From Octopus sinensis (lineage: Eukaryota), in NCBI RefSeq assembly GCF_006345805.1, contig NC_043005.1, positions 33,914,001 to 33,978,000 of the forward strand: a stretch of DNA of 64,000 bases, read 5' to 3'. The position numbers were made by a program, and so were the translations under genes. The notes under the pieces were generated by a model that saw nothing but the letters and a program-made list of their open reading frames with translations, had not been told where the DNA came from and did not search any database. Shown here one piece after another: positions 63,096 through 64,000 of the stretch (its first letter is position 1; each line of letters starts with the position of its first letter).

Positions 63096-63936
63096 CCGAT
63101 TGTGCTGCTAGCCGCCATCAAATCTGCAATATGGCTATCACCATTCTCCAAGAGACAGTTTTCATTCTCCGACTGGCAACAACTCCCGCTGGTTATCCCA
63201 CTGCTAGCAGTACCGGCTGTATCAGTGTCTTCTGTTTGACTGGTAGGCGCAGCAGGAGATTTTTCTACTGTCTTTGGACCCGACCAGTCATCTTTCTTAA
63301 CGCTGCTGCCGGAATCATTCAAATTTTTGGTTAGAGTATTTGTTGAATGTCTAAGAGAAACTGAAGATCTTTGGTTCAGTGGCAACACTTCCTTTAACCG
63401 CTTTGTACTGAGGTTACAACATGCATTCTCAAGACCTGGAGATTGGGTAACATTTTTAGGCAGAATGGTTTGAGGTTCAGTATTCCTTGTAGTCATTCGT
63501 GGTGACCGTTTTGCTCGCTTCCGGAGTCCATAAGCTGCCATGCTGGTGGGTGAGAAGTGAGGTTTTATCAAAACTCCTTTCGGACAAATAAGACGTGCCT
63601 TTTGTTGCAACTTTTGCCTGCGAGGACTGTTGCGCTTTTTCTCCAAACACAGAGATATCTGCCGACAACCAGGTGGAGAAATCTGTTGGGGTTTGGGTGC
63701 AAGGTGCTTAAAAACAGCAGATTTATTGCTTGAAGGAAGTCCTTTTGACTGTACAGTTTCGTAGACAGGAAGCAGGTTTTTGGTTGGGGTCTTCTGGAGT
63801 TCTTTTTGCTTGGCTAAGGCTTCAGATATGAAAGCAGAGTTTCTGGCACTAACAATAGAGTTACTATTTGACAATAACTGGCTGGCTACTGTGGCTATAA
63901 CATCGATAGAACTACTGGCAACATGGTCTGGTGATT
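63096..63936 (-). CDS. GON4L: GON4L large low-complexity exon (gene continues beyond the right edge)
   Basis: ttctcttcag|AA...GG|gtaaga, 841 nt, phase 1 in/2 out; ends IADLMAASSTI and splices in phase to the 49582 exon. Confidence 0.85.
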
Positions 63937-64000
63937 CTGAAGAGAAGAAAATAAAAAGTTGAAGATAAAATGGTACCATTATTATCACCACTACAATTAT

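Noticed and set aside
63937-63991. ATG at 63991 as the start of a 299-aa protein
   Set aside because: A polypyrimidine tract and AG acceptor precede 63936; the ORF is an internal GON4L exon.

Overview
AT-rich, repeat-dense eukaryotic DNA. Its SINE/LINE repertoire resembles Octopus repeats as I recall them; the species is inferred, not database-checked. Two convergent spliced genes can be reconstructed with GT-AG junctions and consistent phases. On + is a complete FASTKD5-like gene (6 coding exons, 7106-16961, ~728 aa, C-terminal RAP domain). On - is the 3' part of GON4L (11 coding exons, 63936 down to the stop at 32226, with PAH-like repeats and a C-terminal SANT/Myb domain); its 5' part lies beyond the right edge. 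Introns and intergenic DNA are a mosaic of decayed elements: RTE, CR1-like and CRE-like LINEs, Gypsy, Helitron, Tc1, mariner, a Chapaev-like piece, hAT and piggyBac MITEs, and three tRNA-derived SINE families. The most notable signal is a set of type I hammerhead ribozyme motifs with palindromic stem III, in repeats organised like Penelope-like element pseudo-LTRs. Two copies have a fully intact core, inside a 310-bp inverted repeat/535-bp tandem unit (288-368 -, 674-754 +). A minimal copy lies in an 82-bp perfect palindrome, sense to a GON4L intron (47789-47826 -). Two degenerate copies are at 2492-2618 (-) and 62171-62288 (+). Exon, hammerhead and TSD coordinates were counted by hand; other TE boundaries are approximate.
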